Origin: Camelus ferus | Lineage: Eukaryota | NCBI RefSeq assembly: GCF_009834535.1 | Contig: NC_045697.1 | Coordinates: 12,648,001 to 12,712,000 of the forward strand | Length of the DNA: 64,000 nucleotides | Direction: 5' to 3' | Shown: in pieces, positions 33,991-46,349 of the stretch | Numbering within the stretch: the stretch's first letter is position 1 | How the letters are laid out: every line of letters begins with the position of its first letter | Made by a program: the position numbers and the translations under genes | Notes under the pieces: model-generated | Databases searched by the model: none | What the model was told of the DNA's origin: nothing | Seen by the model: only the letters and a program-made list of their open reading frames with translations

Positions 33991-34439
33991 AATGTAAAGG
34001 GAGAAGAAAGGAAAGGAGGGAGGGGAGGAGATAGGAAGGAAAGCAGGCAGACAGCAGCGAGTCTGCAGAGCACTGCAGGACCACCGTCACCTCCCCGGCC
34101 ACGACCACTGTCGCCAGCACCGCTGCCCTTCCTGCTGCCAACACCTTCCACTGCTTGGACTTGTGCGCCAGACACTGGGCTAAGTGATTTGAATACCTTT
34201 TAGTTGTAGTCTCCTTAGAAACAAGGCTTGATAAATTCTGACTAATGACTCTGCTGATACTAATCTCTTTCTCCCATTTTAAATTTGATTTGAGAAATAG
34301 TGGTCATCGCACATTCTTTAACAGATATTTAACTATCCTTGGGCACAGGGTACTTAGAAAGGAAAATTTCAGCAGCAGGACAATATCAGTCTTTAATATT
34401 TGAAGAGCTGACATGTGAAAGGTAATTAGATTTGTTTTC

Positions 34440-34570
34440 AAATGTTAGAGAGCATGCTAATGGTGTAGACTGTAATTCAGTAAGTCTGGTAGGGGGTCCA
34501 CATTTTTAGTATGCATCTCAGTGGATTCTGATCCAAGTGGTTCATGCTTCATGCACAGAGAAACATTAGC
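34440..34570. mobile_element. MER5-type hAT MITE fragment
   Basis: aattcagtaagtctggtagggggtcc...ctcagtggattctgatccaagtggt. Confidence 0.5.
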
Positions 34571-35804
34571 GGTGGGGGCTGTATTTGCTGATCTCTAGGA
34601 TTTCTTCTACCACTAAGAGCCTCTGACCGTCTTAGATTGATGCTTTGCTTAGATATTAGCTTAGAAGTGCTAGGTAGATAAAACTTTTCTTGTGATGTGA
34701 ATAGCAATCATCTTGATGATCAGTAAAAGAAAATAAATTCAATTCAAGTTATTTGACTTCCAGTTTCCATCTCCTTCCATTCAACTGGGTTATTCTTTGT
34801 ACCGACTTTATGGACAAAAAAATCCCCAATTTAAAAAGACTATCCAAATATGAATATAAATATAAAAAGACACTATGCTGGTTTGTTAAAAAAAAACAAC
34901 CAAGCAAGCTAACACATAAAACCTGTTCCAGCCTGAAAGATTGGTTTTCCAGTAAGAATGAAAATATATTATCTTATCAAATAGTTTTTCCTACTCTGAG
35001 AGGCACATACTCCCACCATCCCCAAAGACGCTAAGGACAGAGAATGATGTTTCTTTTTGCTGAACTAATGCGTTTCCCTTGTTTTCTTATTGCAGTCTGG
35101 CAAAATTAAGAGAAAAACTGCTATTGCATTTTTTGGTACTTTGCAAAAAATAGCAGGCTTCATGAGACTTGATATAAAATTAGGAGTAATAACCAATGAA
35201 GCAAACACTGTGGGAACAAGAAACTTCTAGTTTTGCCAGTTTTGTGTTCTAAAAATTTTGGTTCTATATTAACCCTTTATTTATTAAGTGGCCTATTACT
35301 ACATTTGGATGAAGGAAGTAAAGCAGTTGGTTTGGTATTTATAATTAATATTGCCCATGTTCATAAATCTTGGAGTAATGAAAATGTGGTTACCTGCCTT
35401 GTATGGCAAGCTGCTGGGTCCATGAAGAAAATCATAATTTTAATTTCAGCTTTCGAAATGAATAGTGACTCAGTAATAATCCAACAGACTAGTCAACCTG
35501 GTAGCATTTTTGTCCTCATGAATCTAGTCAAAAGGAAATCAAGAAGGTGGAAAAGAATGTATTTAAAAATTTAGTAAAAATTTTAGCATGTTTTCTGTCA
35601 CGTGAATAAATCTTTGAACCTCTATCCTAAAGACAGTAATAAAAATGAGAGGAAACAATTTAGACAACATTTTGTTATGTATTGTCATGTTCTTATTACC
35701 ATGTATTTACTCCTCTAACTATTATTATTGAAAACAATTTGTGGAGAATCAAACTTTAGAGTTAGACTAAATCTCTGCCAAAATCTACTAGATTTCACTT
35801 TATT

Positions 35805-35880
35805 TTCCTTCGTTCCTTCGTTCCTTCGTTCCTTCCTTCCTTCCTTCCTTCCTTCCTTCCTTCCTTCCTTTGTTCCTTCC
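35805..35880 (+). repeat. (TTCCTTCG)3(TTCC)n polypyrimidine microsatellite
   Basis: Direct read. Confidence 0.95.
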
Positions 35881-37069
35881 AGGTTGTCAACTAGATTATA
35901 AAAATTCAAACTTGCTTATTGAGAACATCATAGTGAATTTAAATGTTCAGTGCTGGGGCTTCTGTGACACACCTTAATTTTTCCTCCTCCTCTACCACAC
36001 CATTACTTTCTGTCCATCTTCCTTTCATTTTATCAATAAGCATCTACTTACCTCCTGAGATACCCACTTTCTTTTCTTTTGTCAGTATTCTCATACAGGA
36101 TCATCTAGACAACCTGGCAAGCTCCTTCTCCAAGAAAAAAACTGTTTGCAAAATCACTAAAACTCAGAAATACCCAATGCTTATGTTGACTTCGGTATTT
36201 CAACTGTGTTATCTTCACAACTTGGGAGTAATATAATTGATGAAAAGATGTCAACAGATCAAGTTCAAGAATAAAATGTTTATTAAATGGCAAAGGATGC
36301 TGACTTGCATATTCCCAAAGGGAGATACATGCTTTCCAAGTCTCTTGAATTTCCCTACAGAGAAATACAGTGACTGAAAAAACAACCTAAGCAAAAGGTA
36401 GCTTCAACTGGGTGTCTGAGTTTTCCTTTGTCATTCTCATGGCGTTCTGTACCTTACCACCTCTGGCCACATGGCTGTCATCATTAGGTGCAAATGTGTA
36501 GTCCACAGCCAACCAGCACATTTCTGAGGATCCCATACAAAACAGTTTCTCAGGAAAAACTAAGTAAAAGCATCAGAAGCTCTAAAGCCATTCTGCAGTG
36601 TAACGAAACAGTCGTGGTGTGCGACCGTTAGAAATATCGTGAAGTCTTTGTCCATTAACAGGTTCATAAGCCATAATACTGAAATGATGTAAATTATTCC
36701 AGAGAGTATTCACAAATCAGTATTAGAACATAGCTGTGGCTTCTCCAAATTTGGAAAAGGAAATTTGTCTTAAGAAGCATATTCCAAAGGACATAGGTCT
36801 TTTCATGATTTTAAAGTAACCGCGAGTTTCTGTTTGTGTGCGTCGACCTTTAGCTTAAGACAATTTCTTGTAGGGAACTGGTTTTTATAAGTCTCTCAGA
36901 AGGTCCCCAAAGCAGATTTCAGTGCCTTGATTTTGAGGCAAGAATAGTAGTATACATCAGGAAGATGGTCAGTGTCTAAAAAGGAATTTAAAAACTGTGT
37001 TGAAAGACAATTTTCTAACAGAGTCAGTATAATGATTAAAGGAAGACATTGAAGTGACTTGTTACAATC

Positions 37070-37225
37070 ATTTATCTACCATTTATTCACAACTTATTTG
37101 ACAAGAGTTTATTTTGTCTACTGAGTGCTAAGTGCTGGGTTGCAGACACAAGCAAGACACTGCTTCTGTTCTGGAAGAGCTCATAAACTGGTGGAGGAGA
37201 CAGAAAACCCATCAATTATGGAAAA
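37070..37225 (-). mobile_element. L2 3' tail
   Basis: gtgctaagtgctgggttgcagacacaagcaagacactgcttctgttctggaagagctcataaactggtggaggagacaga. Confidence 0.6.
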
Positions 37226-37899
37226 CGGAAGAATGAAAAAAGGCAACAGACAGGCACGGCTTGTTGCCTTTGGGATGTGGGGAGCGATAAGAAGAAGCCT
37301 GCGTGACTTGCTGCTCTGGAAAAGCTCGGCCAGAAATAACAAACAGGAGAAAGCATTCCAAGACCATGCATTTGAACATGGGAACTTCCTGACTCATTCA
37401 GAGCTTTACAGCTCCTTTTGGCCTAAGAAGAGCAGGATGAGTTAAGCACATTAACAGCCAAGAATCCTAAAAAATGCCCTCACTGACCCAGCTCCCTCTT
37501 CCCTTCCTCTAGTCTAACATTATATTATGATTACTTGTTACGTTGTTTTCTTCCCGACTAAAGGGTGAATAGAGAGGAATCATGTGTCACTATCTTGGTA
37601 TCTCATCATGCTCTCAATATATGGCAAATGTAAGTCTAAATGCCATGGAAACGTTAAAGAACACATGTCACCTTGCTGTGCACGAGTCAGGAGGACTGAC
37701 TCAGCTGTGTGGCTTCCGGCAAGGGACCGTGTGTATCCATGCTCTGGCTTCCTCTCGTGTGTGGCAAACACGTTAGATTAGACTCTCCTCAAGATCCTTG
37801 AGTCTAAGTTTGGATGAGCCTGTGATTCTCCCTAATTAAGCTGTAGAGCTTCAGTGAGGTTCAGAAATGAGTATCGCTTTTCAATCCTTTCAGGGCACT

Positions 37900-38120
37900 T
37901 AGCTTAGTGCTTTGTAACACTGGAGTGTGTGCTTTGAAATCAGAAAGTCTTAGTTCCCAATCCCAGGTCTGCTCAACCTCCATCAACCTTAGCCTTTTTC
38001 TTTTGTAACATGAAAAACATAAACTCTAATTATGTAGAATTATTTTGAAGATTGAATGAAATAATGTCCAAAAAGTACCAAATAAATGGCCTGATCCTTA
38101 GGTGCCAGAAAATGTTAGCT
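37900..38120 (+). mobile_element. MIR SINE
   Basis: tttgaaatcagaaagtcttagttcccaatcccaggtctgc...ttgaagattgaatgaaataatgt. Confidence 0.55.
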
Positions 38121-39311
38121 CTCTTCTCTTGTTTACTCGAAATAATTACTTAATAGATGTTTGTTGATTGCTTTGACTTATGTGTTGGTCCAAAGCCAGG
38201 GGAGAGGATAAAGTTAGGCAGAAACTCCGCACTCTTTCCTCACACTGCACTTGCCTGAGTGGAGAAAACAGGAAGAGTTGATATTTTTATATTCACACGC
38301 CCCTTCCTAGCTCTGAGTTTTCATTATCTATTTAACAAAACAAATTCACTGAGTGTCTACTCTGTGAAAGTAATCGTGTTAGATTCTTTAGTGTAAGAAG
38401 TCTGCCTAGTACCCTGAGAAGGGAAATGAACACAGTTTGAGATCAAGTTTTCACGTTTTCTGAAACTCAACTCAGGAAATATGGCCTGACAAATACCCAT
38501 GTGCTTTGGGGGTTGTTGAGATAGACTGTTCAAAATTGATTGTCATAGAAATGCGAACAGCATAAATATAAGAGGGTCATTTTCCTCCCAGGTTCCTGTC
38601 ACATCCACTCCACCAGCCAATTCCTCCTCCTTGGACAAATATGAGCTCTCTACAGTAGTCATTTCCTCTACCTACTGGGACATGAATTGTCAGCCACATA
38701 CGAATACCTTTAATATTGGAGCTAAAGTGATACTCTCCTGAGGAGAGGTGATGGACGTATTCCTACCGGAATTCAGAGACAAAGGACGTCTCTGCAACCG
38801 GCCCATTGCTTTCCTTGCTACTCTTATCCCTAAACCCTCACTACCCGAGGTTCTGGAAACTAGCTTTCTCATGAGTTGGAGTGTAAGTTGAAGCAAGGTC
38901 ATAGAAAAATTGTTAGTAACATTTTAGATCTGAAGTGACATTGCATTTACAAATTGTTATTTTTCACAAGTGTTTGATTTAAAAACAAAAATAGAGTGGG
39001 ACTGAAAATACCTTTCTCCATAGTTTGGTAGAAAAAAGTATTTCTTGAATGCAAATATTTTCTGAACTCTTTAAAGGCATTCTAATTGAACACTGAGTGA
39101 TTGCACACGTGCCAAGACATCCCTCATTTTAAGTTAATCAGAGTTTCCATTAACCTGCTGCTTTCTAAGCTGGTCTATCTTGTTTGCTTAAAGGACAAAA
39201 ACAGACATAGGTTAAAGTGAGAATTTTTTTGATAGGCCTATAACATACACAGCAGATATAGCTTTAGGATTTCTTTGAATCAAAGGTCAAATGAAATCAC
39301 TACTTGATCCC

Positions 39312-39697
39312 TGTTATAGACTGAACTATGTTCCCCCTCCCCCCAAAACTCATATGTCGAAGCCCTAAACTCTCAGTGTGCTGGTATTCGGAGATGGGCT
39401 TTGGGAGATAATTAGATTTAGATGAGGTTGTGAGGGTGGGCCTTCATGATGGAGTTAGTATCCTAATATGAAAATACACCAGATTTTGCACTACCCCTCT
39501 CCCTGCCATGTAAGGATATGGTGAGAAGCTGGCATCTGAAAGCCAAGAAGAGGGCCGTCACCAGAACTGACTGTGCTGGCACCCTGACCTCAGACTTCAA
39601 GCCTCCAGAGCTGGGAGAACATAATTTTTTTTTTTTCCAATTGTTTAAGCCACCCTATCTCTGGTATTTTGTTATGGCAGCGTGAGCTGACAAATGA
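39312..39697 (+). mobile_element. MaLR LTR (MLT1A-type), near full length
   Basis: tgttatagactgaactatgttcccc; tagatgaggttgtgagggtggg; gtgctggcaccctgacctcagacttcaagcctccagagctgggag; gtttaagccaccc...ggtattttgttatggcagc. Confidence 0.88.
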
Positions 39698-40109
39698 AGT
39701 CAAATTTTCCCTTCATGCATATATTTTAAATTTCAAATTTGAAAATTGAGTATAGAACTCTGTGGTTGAGTGGCTTTCCAGGGAGATTCATGGCAAATAC
39801 TGCTGATTTTCTTGCTGCTGCCCTGTTTGTCTGAACAAATGGGTGATCCGTGTGTCATGGAAGAGATGGATGGAAATAGTACATGCTTCTCCCATGGCCG
39901 GAGTAAGATGGTTTCACTTAACAGTGGCCTTGAGCCATCTCTGAGGAACTGTGGCCCAGGACTCGGAAGAACACCCCTGAAAGAAACTGCTGATTTCTTA
40001 CCGCTCATGGACAGTTTCAAGAATTTGTTTTCCTCCTCCAACTCCCCAAATTTCAGTCTCTACACTAAAGGAAATGATAGAGAATCAAATAAGTAGCAAC
40101 TAAGGTCTA

Positions 40110-40940
40110 CTCAGTGCCTGTGTTTTTCTAGGTACTCTGCTAAGGCTTTCTGCAAAGTATGTCAAATAATTATAATATCCCATTAATGTAGGCATTTCCC
40201 TCCTCAATTTAGAGTTGTACAATGTGAAGCTTGTGGAGAGAAGTTGATTGAATTGGCCAGTATTGTTACTGAATTGGCCAGGTCCTAGCTGGGGCTGAGG
40301 TCCCCATCCTGGCCAGGGAGGTTCTCGTTCCCACTGGATTCGCACAGCCAATAATGAAAGTGATACTGAGACTGGAGCGGCATAGGCTTTATTCAATGGC
40401 CAAAGAATGGAAAAGCGGGAACCTAGTTCGCAAATCAACTTTTCAACCCAATTTGGGTGGAGACACCAAATATATAGGGAGTCGAGGTAAAAGGGACGGA
40501 ATTGGAAAGATTGAGAGGAGTATTCACAAGTTATCTGACAACAGGGGTGTGGTTTGGACCCAGAGCTGATGCAACTCTCCTTTTCAGTCCTTGTGTAGCT
40601 TCTCTGGTTACTGTCATGGCAATCATCAACTGTCCAGAGCTGGTGGGTGTGTCATTTAGCATGTTAATGCATTACATTGAGCATATAATGAGGCTCAAGG
40701 TCTACTGAAAGTCAAATCCTCCTCCATCTTGGACCTAGTTGGTTCTAACCAGTTCTTGTTTCTTCTCTTGCAGCTTCCTCCTTAAACTTAGATAAAGTAA
40801 TTGGTTTCTATTCAAGAGAGAGGAAAGGGTATGATTCTAGGGCAACAGCCCTGGTAACAGTATCATATAGTGAGTGAGAGTGTGGCTGGAACTTCAGTCC
40901 CAGAGCATCTCATGTTTATGTCATGCCCGTGTGCTCTCAG
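40110..40940 (-). mobile_element. MIR SINE split by the solo LTR (pieces at about 40110-40263 and 40860-40940)
   Basis: Left: ggtactctgctaaggctttc...gtgaagcttgtggagagaagttgattgaattggcc; right: tcatatagtgagtgagagtgtggctggaacttcagtcccag...gcccgtgtgctc. Confidence 0.5.
40264..40859 (-). mobile_element. Intact solo ERV1-type LTR (596 bp)
   Basis: TG...CA termini (tgttact / ggtaaca), 4-bp target-site duplication GTAT at 40260-40263 and 40860-40863, AATAAA on the minus strand at 40388-40393, TATA-like element near 40470-40477. Confidence 0.88.
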
Positions 40941-41274
40941 CTACAGCACCAACCTTACAATCATTTTTCTTAATTCAGATAAGAAGAGATCATTTATCCG
41001 CTGGGAGAATCCACTCTAGTCAGCAAAGTCATGGTGCTGAAGGAATAATTTTTGTTTGGGGAGCAAAGCAAAAAGTTCCATTTCCCACTTCAGCTGTTGT
41101 CCCTGCCTTTTTCCCTGATGGAAAAGAGAGGGACTTAATAGCAATTATAGAGACAGAATAACCAGAGTTTTCTGTTTTATGGAACTTACTCCCTCTTCTC
41201 TTGCATCCTTAGAAATTTCTTGAAGCACAAAGTTGTAAGAAGAGGTTTAATTAACAGAAAATATTTGATGTGCT

Positions 41275-41668
41275 TGATACCAAGCAGGACCCTATGAGGT
41301 CCTCCCTGGAACAAATCTTTCCATGTCTCCAATTTCTTGTTTGTAGGAAATAGGCTTCATTCAGCTTCCTTGACCTTCCCTGAGTTCCAAAGAGCAGATT
41401 CAAATAGCTGTTAACCTGAGAAGGGAAGGGATGCAGAAACAAAGGAGGAACAGTCAAGAAACAACAGTGCAACTCTGGGGCAGGGTCCTGGTTCGTCCTT
41501 AAAGAATATACATAACAATATCTTTAAGTTCCTCTGCAGGAACTAAGCCCCAACCCCACCATCCCTGCCTCTTATTTATGGCTGAGCAGAATCTTGGACA
41601 CAGTTTTTCTGGGAGGACAGTGGGTCCACCAGATTGCAGGCATTCTGATTAAAAGCAACTTTCCTTTC
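41275..41668 (+). mobile_element. ERV LTR of a different family, truncated just after its poly-A signal
   Basis: Starts tgataccaagcaggaccctatgaggtcc; gatgcagaaacaaaggaggaacagtcaag; ATTAAA at 41648-41653 followed by agcaactttcctttc. Confidence 0.65.
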
Positions 41669-41948
41669 TGTTACCAAAGCTGTTGCCCTCAGGCTCATAT
41701 CCTGGCCCATCCCTTGAATAGAAACCAATTATTCTTATCTAAGTCTCCGGAGGCAGCTGCAAAGAGAAGAAACAAGAACCAGTTAGAATCAACTAAGCCC
41801 AAGATAGTGGAGGATTTGACTTCCAGTGGACTTGAGCCTCATTATACACTCATTGTAACGCATTAGCATGCTAAATAACACACCCACCAGCTCCATAACT
41901 GCTGACAATTGCCATGAAAACAACTGGAAAAGCCTGTGCAAGGACTGA
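41669..41948 (+). mobile_element. 5' (U3) 280 bp of an LTR of the same family as 40264-40859, in opposite orientation
   Basis: Aligns by eye at about 80% to the reverse complement of 40584-40859, starting at the TG terminus (tgttaccaaagctgttgccc vs tgttaccagggctgttgccc). Confidence 0.88.
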
Positions 41949-44299
41949 CTGGCTCTGCCACACCTGGAAGTAGGACATGATGGCAGAAGCCTCTCATAAG
42001 GGTTCACATGGCCCAACCCCAGCTGCAGCTGTCTCTTTACCGGCCATCTTGACTGATGGCTCCCCGCTTCTTTTTATATTAAAAACTCTGAATGGGGTAT
42101 ATGCAGTAATTTATTTAGTATTCTAAACTCAGGTTCTCACAAGCAACTTTGTTTGTTAATGGATATCATTGCATCTTCCCTGTGATCTTCAGGCTATTGT
42201 GAACTCAAGTCTAGACTGGTGAGTCTGTGCACACGTGTGCTGTTTGTGAATGTCTGTGTCACAGCTGAAAGGGGAAGAGGACGAGGAGAGTGTGCACACA
42301 CGTCAGACATGTCAGGGAACAGAAGGCTCAGGACGCTATTCATGGCAACGTTTTGTCTTCTTTTCCAGTAAACCTCAATGTCCCTCTACATATTTTGAGG
42401 AGTGATTACCATGGAAACTATTAAAAAGCTCAAAAACATTGCAGCTTTATATTCTCCACCTAGAGCCTCTTACAAAGGGGACCCCACAGATACTTAACTT
42501 CCTAGTCTTTTTTTCCTAATTACACATTCACATTTACCTTATTTTATACAGAGAAAACATGGAGACTGGTGTTGTGAACGTCACTGTTAATAGTCAACAC
42601 TGACAGTGTCGTCTTTATCACTCATAAACCCAGCTTTGGTTTTGGATTTCAAAGGGAAAATATCAGATTTGATATCTCAATAAAATTATTATGTCATCTT
42701 GGAAAATTTCCCTGAATTTAACCATATTTCTTATTCCCTGCTTTAAAAATTATTTCACTTTTGTGACAGAATGAGAATAATATTTTAAATATCTCATATG
42801 ATAGGAATAATACTTATGTAAAATGTTGTCAAAACATTATGGAGATCGGTCTATGTTGAGGTCTTCTTTTTTACCACTTGCTTTATTAAAAAAACGAGAA
42901 CTGCACACTGAGACAAAAATTATGAAAACATACTTGGTATGCTTGGAACTAGAGGCTTTGTCTTTTGTTGTTAAAATACACTACAGAGATGGAGTGTCTG
43001 GAGAACTGCAATCCATTTTAGTTTTTCTCTGCCACACATAATATGTTGAGATACAGTTGCCAATTGGACCTCTTCCTCTGCTGTCTGTATTTGCACAGTA
43101 TGCCTTCTGCTAGGCAGGATAATGAACGATAGAAAATTATACCAGTTGGTGGCAATGTTGTTTTCACAGCAATGGTCACTTAGTTAAAACCACAAGCCTA
43201 TGCTTATTTTCTCCTTATTAACTGTTATTATGAGTTTCTAACTTGTGCTACCAGTTATTTCTGGCTTGAAAATGAAGCCGGGTTTCTATAACCCCCCAAG
43301 TTTTCACCTTGTTTTCTTTAAATCTTTTTCATCACCAAAGGCAAACTAAACGTGAAATAATAAACAGCAAGATTGTGTGGGCTGAAAAAGCAAATTCTGA
43401 AGACCACAGGAAACTATGTCAAACATTGCCTTGCCTCATCAAGAAATTATACATACATGCACTGGAAAGCAATTTCGAATCCTGGTTCTCAGGTGCCTTT
43501 CATCTGGCATTCTGTTTTAGAACTTACTACTCAATAGGCAGAATATGTGATATTTAGTGAAAACTTCCCTGAACATCAATTTTTATCCAACTAAAATCAG
43601 AAAAACTTCCAAGATAAGCAATTGATAAAGTTTAACTGTCTGAATTTATTTCATGTGTAGAAAGGACAGATGGAATACAAGAATACATTTGGTGGTTGGA
43701 AGTTGAGCACCAATTGGCCTAAACTTGTGCTACAATTCTTTACCCTCTGGCTCAGATCTCAGCTGGTCCAAGAAATCTTTCCAAATGACATCCCAATTTG
43801 AATTAATATTTGGACCTCAACTGTTAGCAACTTCTAAAATGCCTTATTCATGTCTCCACTGTAGTATTTACCATAACTTGATTTATATTGACTGTTTGTG
43901 CACACGTGTTACCCATGTTAGATATCAGTTTAACTCCACAAAGTTTGCTGGACACCAACCACGTACCAGCCATGCTCTGCTGAACTCCAGTACTGTGAAC
44001 TTTACAAAATCAGTGGCTGAGTCTTGTCCGATTGTGTGTTTCTCACTTTTCTTAGCGTTGTGAAACATCAATACGTATTTGTTGGCTTTGATGAGCTTAG
44101 AGCTTCTGTCTTTAAAGGGTGACACTGGTGCACTTGTTTCTTGAGTAGCTGCAAGTGTGCAAACCTAGTGTCAAGAACGAACCAAAGAGACGAGCCGGTG
44201 AAAAGGGACTGAACTGACCCTCAAGTGCCAGGAACAAAGCAGGGGGAGGAAGAGCAAGTGAGGCTAGTGGGTTTAGCAGGAAAGATAGTGAGGGAAACA

Positions 44300-44440
44300 A
44301 TAATAGTAATAATAACAGAAACAATGACCACCACATACTCTGAGCTGTGTACATGCTATGAGTTAAGTCATTAAATCCTCCCAACGATTTCCAAGGTGGG
44401 CATTAATGTCATTGTCCCCGCCTTATAGATGAAGGAGCTA
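44300..44440 (-). mobile_element. MIR SINE
   Basis: cattaaatcctcccaacgatttccaaggtgggcattaatgtcattgtccccgccttatagatgaagg. Confidence 0.6.
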
Positions 44441-44449
44441 GCAATGCTA

Positions 44450-45185
44450 TTGTAGTGGCCGATGAATTCTATTTCTTATTTCCCCCCGTCTGTCAGTACT
44501 TTGATTTGGTTCAGATGTTCACCCTGTTCCAACACAGAGGAAACACCTCTTTGAAAACTGATGCCATTTCCAGCTCTAGAAGAGGTCCCCATTGGTTTAA
44601 TGATAACTCCATCCCTTGCCAACGATGTGTTCAGGAACTCAGGCCCAAGTTGTTAAGTCTGTGGCACTGCCTGGCCATAGGAACTGGTTTAGGAATCGGC
44701 ACGTGACCCAATTCAGGCTGAAGGCCTGCTGGAGGCTCGTAGGAAAATAAACCCTTGAACACCGAAGAGAGAGATCCTGGAAGCAAATCTCTCATTTCCT
44801 CTCAATTTAATGGTGAGCACATATAAAGTCAGAGACTGCTACAGACATTTTGTCACCATGGCACAACGAGGGAGGAGCTCAGATTTGATGGGCCAATGCA
44901 TTTACTCTCTTTAAATGATGAACTGGGTCAGATTTTTTTGCTTGATTTGTTACTTGTTGTGGACAGCATCCCAGTTGACACAAACCCGAGACATAAAAGA
45001 GGCTAAGTAATTTTTCCAAAGTCATACATCTGGCAAATGAAAGAACCAGCTTCAAAGTCAGGTCCATGGGACCAGTTGTAAACACTTTTTAGCATCACCT
45101 CCCTGTGGCAACCTGGGGAAATTCTACATGAATCTTCTGAGAGTGTATCTGTGCTTTTGCTGAGTTAGTTTGGGTTTCCTTAATA
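44450..45185 (+). mobile_element. Old MaLR LTR (MLT1J/K-type) with an internal MIR piece (about 44970-45070)
   Basis: ctggccataggaactggtttaggaatcggcacgtgacccaattcaggc; cagacattttgtcaccatgg; ttttgctgagttagtttgggtttc. Confidence 0.5.
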
Positions 45186-46349
45186 GGTTTCAGTTTCTGT
45201 ATTACGGACTTCTCAGTGTTCAAGTTCTTTTACTGGGGACCTTTTGTTGGCCTGATATCTCTAGCCAGTTCACTCCCCAAACCCCAGTGACTGGAGCCAC
45301 TTTCTTAAACTCCTAGCTAATGAGTGGAAGGAAGCCTGCTTCAACTCTAGATGGCTCTCTCAGGAATGGCAATGATACAGCCACCTGTGAAGCTCTCTCT
45401 GTGCAGACACCCCTGTAGTCACATGGAGTCAGCAACTCAGCGTTCTAAGAAATACAGTTGTGATCTGGCGAAGTGTTAATTCTTCCTTGCAACACTGTGA
45501 TATGAGCTGCCCTTCTCTTAGTCCTCATCCACCAGATTCCAGGACTCTCTCTCTCGCCAACCCAGCCTTAAGATTCTATGCCTTGCAACTAAAGTGGGGC
45601 TTGGCTGGGACAGTACATTATGGTCAAAGATGACCCAGGTATAGCACTATCATACGAGGTACCACGTGATTAAAGAACTGTAATTGGTGTTTAAAAAAAT
45701 GCAGCTGGTGTAAAACAAAGATTAATCCAAGTCTCATTGATGGGAAGAAGAAGAAAAGACAAGAGGGGAAGCAAGTAACACAGTAGATGGGAATATTGCA
45801 TCTTGTTTTTAACAGGCTTCTGAGACCCACAACAGTTCAATAGTTAATACTCTTCCCTGTGCCCTGCCTCCTAAAACTTTGTGCTGGCTTCTTACAAGAT
45901 TTGGAGTTTTTGCTTGGTGACTTTGAAAACTGGAGACACAAATAGCTGGTGTATTGAGTTGCCTCAAGAACATAATGAAGTTATCTTGGCAGACGAATCA
46001 AATGATAGTTCTTAAGCAAAAATGAGGAAAATAATCTAATATTTATACAGTATTGCCAAGAGTCACATCTTTTAAAATTTCAAAGGAGAAACTAATGGCC
46101 TGGAAACCTTGATAAATGTATGTTGACATCCTAGAAAAGAGTGGCCATTCAATTACTTCCATGCTGTATCAGCTGGAGATGAAAAGCATATGGTTGGAAA
46201 ATGCCCCCAAGTTCATGAGGCCTTTGACTGTTGCTAAAATATTTGATATTAATATCCTTTTTGACTTGGTCTCATAAAGTATTTCCTTTCAAACAAAAAC
46301 TCCAAAGGGGGAGGATTAGCCCAAGTTTGGAATCAATTCAGATCAAATA

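Noticed and set aside
38735-38888. Open frame ending at a gtaagt donor (GEVMDVFLPEFRDKGRLC...)
   Set aside because: No convincing acceptor and no similarity to a protein I recognise; compatible with chance.
40249-40281. 12-bp direct repeat tgaattggccag on both sides of the LTR's left boundary
   Set aside because: The outer copy corresponds to the MIR core (tgacttgcccaag-like). The true TSD is the 4-bp GTAT, so the similarity looks coincidental.
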